64,000 bases of DNA, taken from Octopus sinensis. Taxonomy: Eukaryota. The first letter of the stretch is position 1, and each line of letters opens with the position of its first letter. Below the pieces are notes generated by a model. It saw only the letters and a program-made list of their open reading frames with translations, was not told the origin of the DNA and ran no database searches. The stretch spans positions 276,474-340,473 of the forward strand of contig NW_021825710.1 of assembly GCF_006345805.1 (NCBI RefSeq), given 5' to 3'. Of this stretch, positions 63,770-64,000 are shown piece by piece. The position numbers were made by a program, and so were the translations under genes.

Positions 63770-63800
<31 letters not shown>
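62518..63800 (+). mobile_element. CR1-group LINE, 5'-truncated, RT domain and 3' end with (ATCA)n tail
   Basis: [15 protein letters not shown]...[15 protein letters not shown] (ORF 62524-62811), SYADDTK, and RDLGI...LVLSHFDYCSQLWSP...LEAIQR (ORF 63016-63390). Frameshifted. Confidence 0.92.
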
Positions 63801-64000
63801 CATATATATATATATATATACATATTATATTATATTGAGGGTACTACTATTCGTAGATACCAACACGCTAAGAGGGACCAATGCGGTCAAAACTACTAAA
63901 AATAAACAAAATTTTACCGAATGCAAAACTTCAAAACACATCATTTTAAAAAAGAATTCAGTTACATATCACATGTGATTTCCATTAATGCAGATATGCA

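Overview
This is AT-rich eukaryotic genomic DNA made almost entirely of decayed transposable elements and microsatellites. The SINE families resemble those I recall from octopus (cephalopod) genomes, which is an inference. I found no intact host protein-coding gene. The window holds two Penelope-like elements (PLEs), R4/Dong, RTE and CR1-group LINE fragments, and many tRNA-derived SINEs, some in head-to-tail arrays. DNA transposon remnants include mariner, Tc1, Tigger/pogo, hAT, Merlin, a Helitron, piggyBac-type MITEs and a probable Academ element. A ~7 kb (TA)n-rich tract runs from 55.6 to 62.5 kb. The most notable signal is a set of minimal type I hammerhead ribozyme (HHR) motifs from four sequence families. 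One lies in a highly structured 352-nt terminally redundant unit (57314-57837) that looks like a non-LTR retrozyme, a circular-RNA-forming non-autonomous retroelement. Two form a back-to-back palindromic pair (59541-59684), one sits in a 127-bp fold-back (56809-57120), and a degenerate one lies in a PLE pseudo-LTR. Also notable are a 2.3-kb inversion that splits a mariner exactly at a PLE boundary, a 563-bp identical tract between two otherwise diverged R4/Dong copies, and an intron-bearing tRNA-Lys-like pseudogene. All alignments and folds were done by eye, and coordinates of degenerate elements are approximate.
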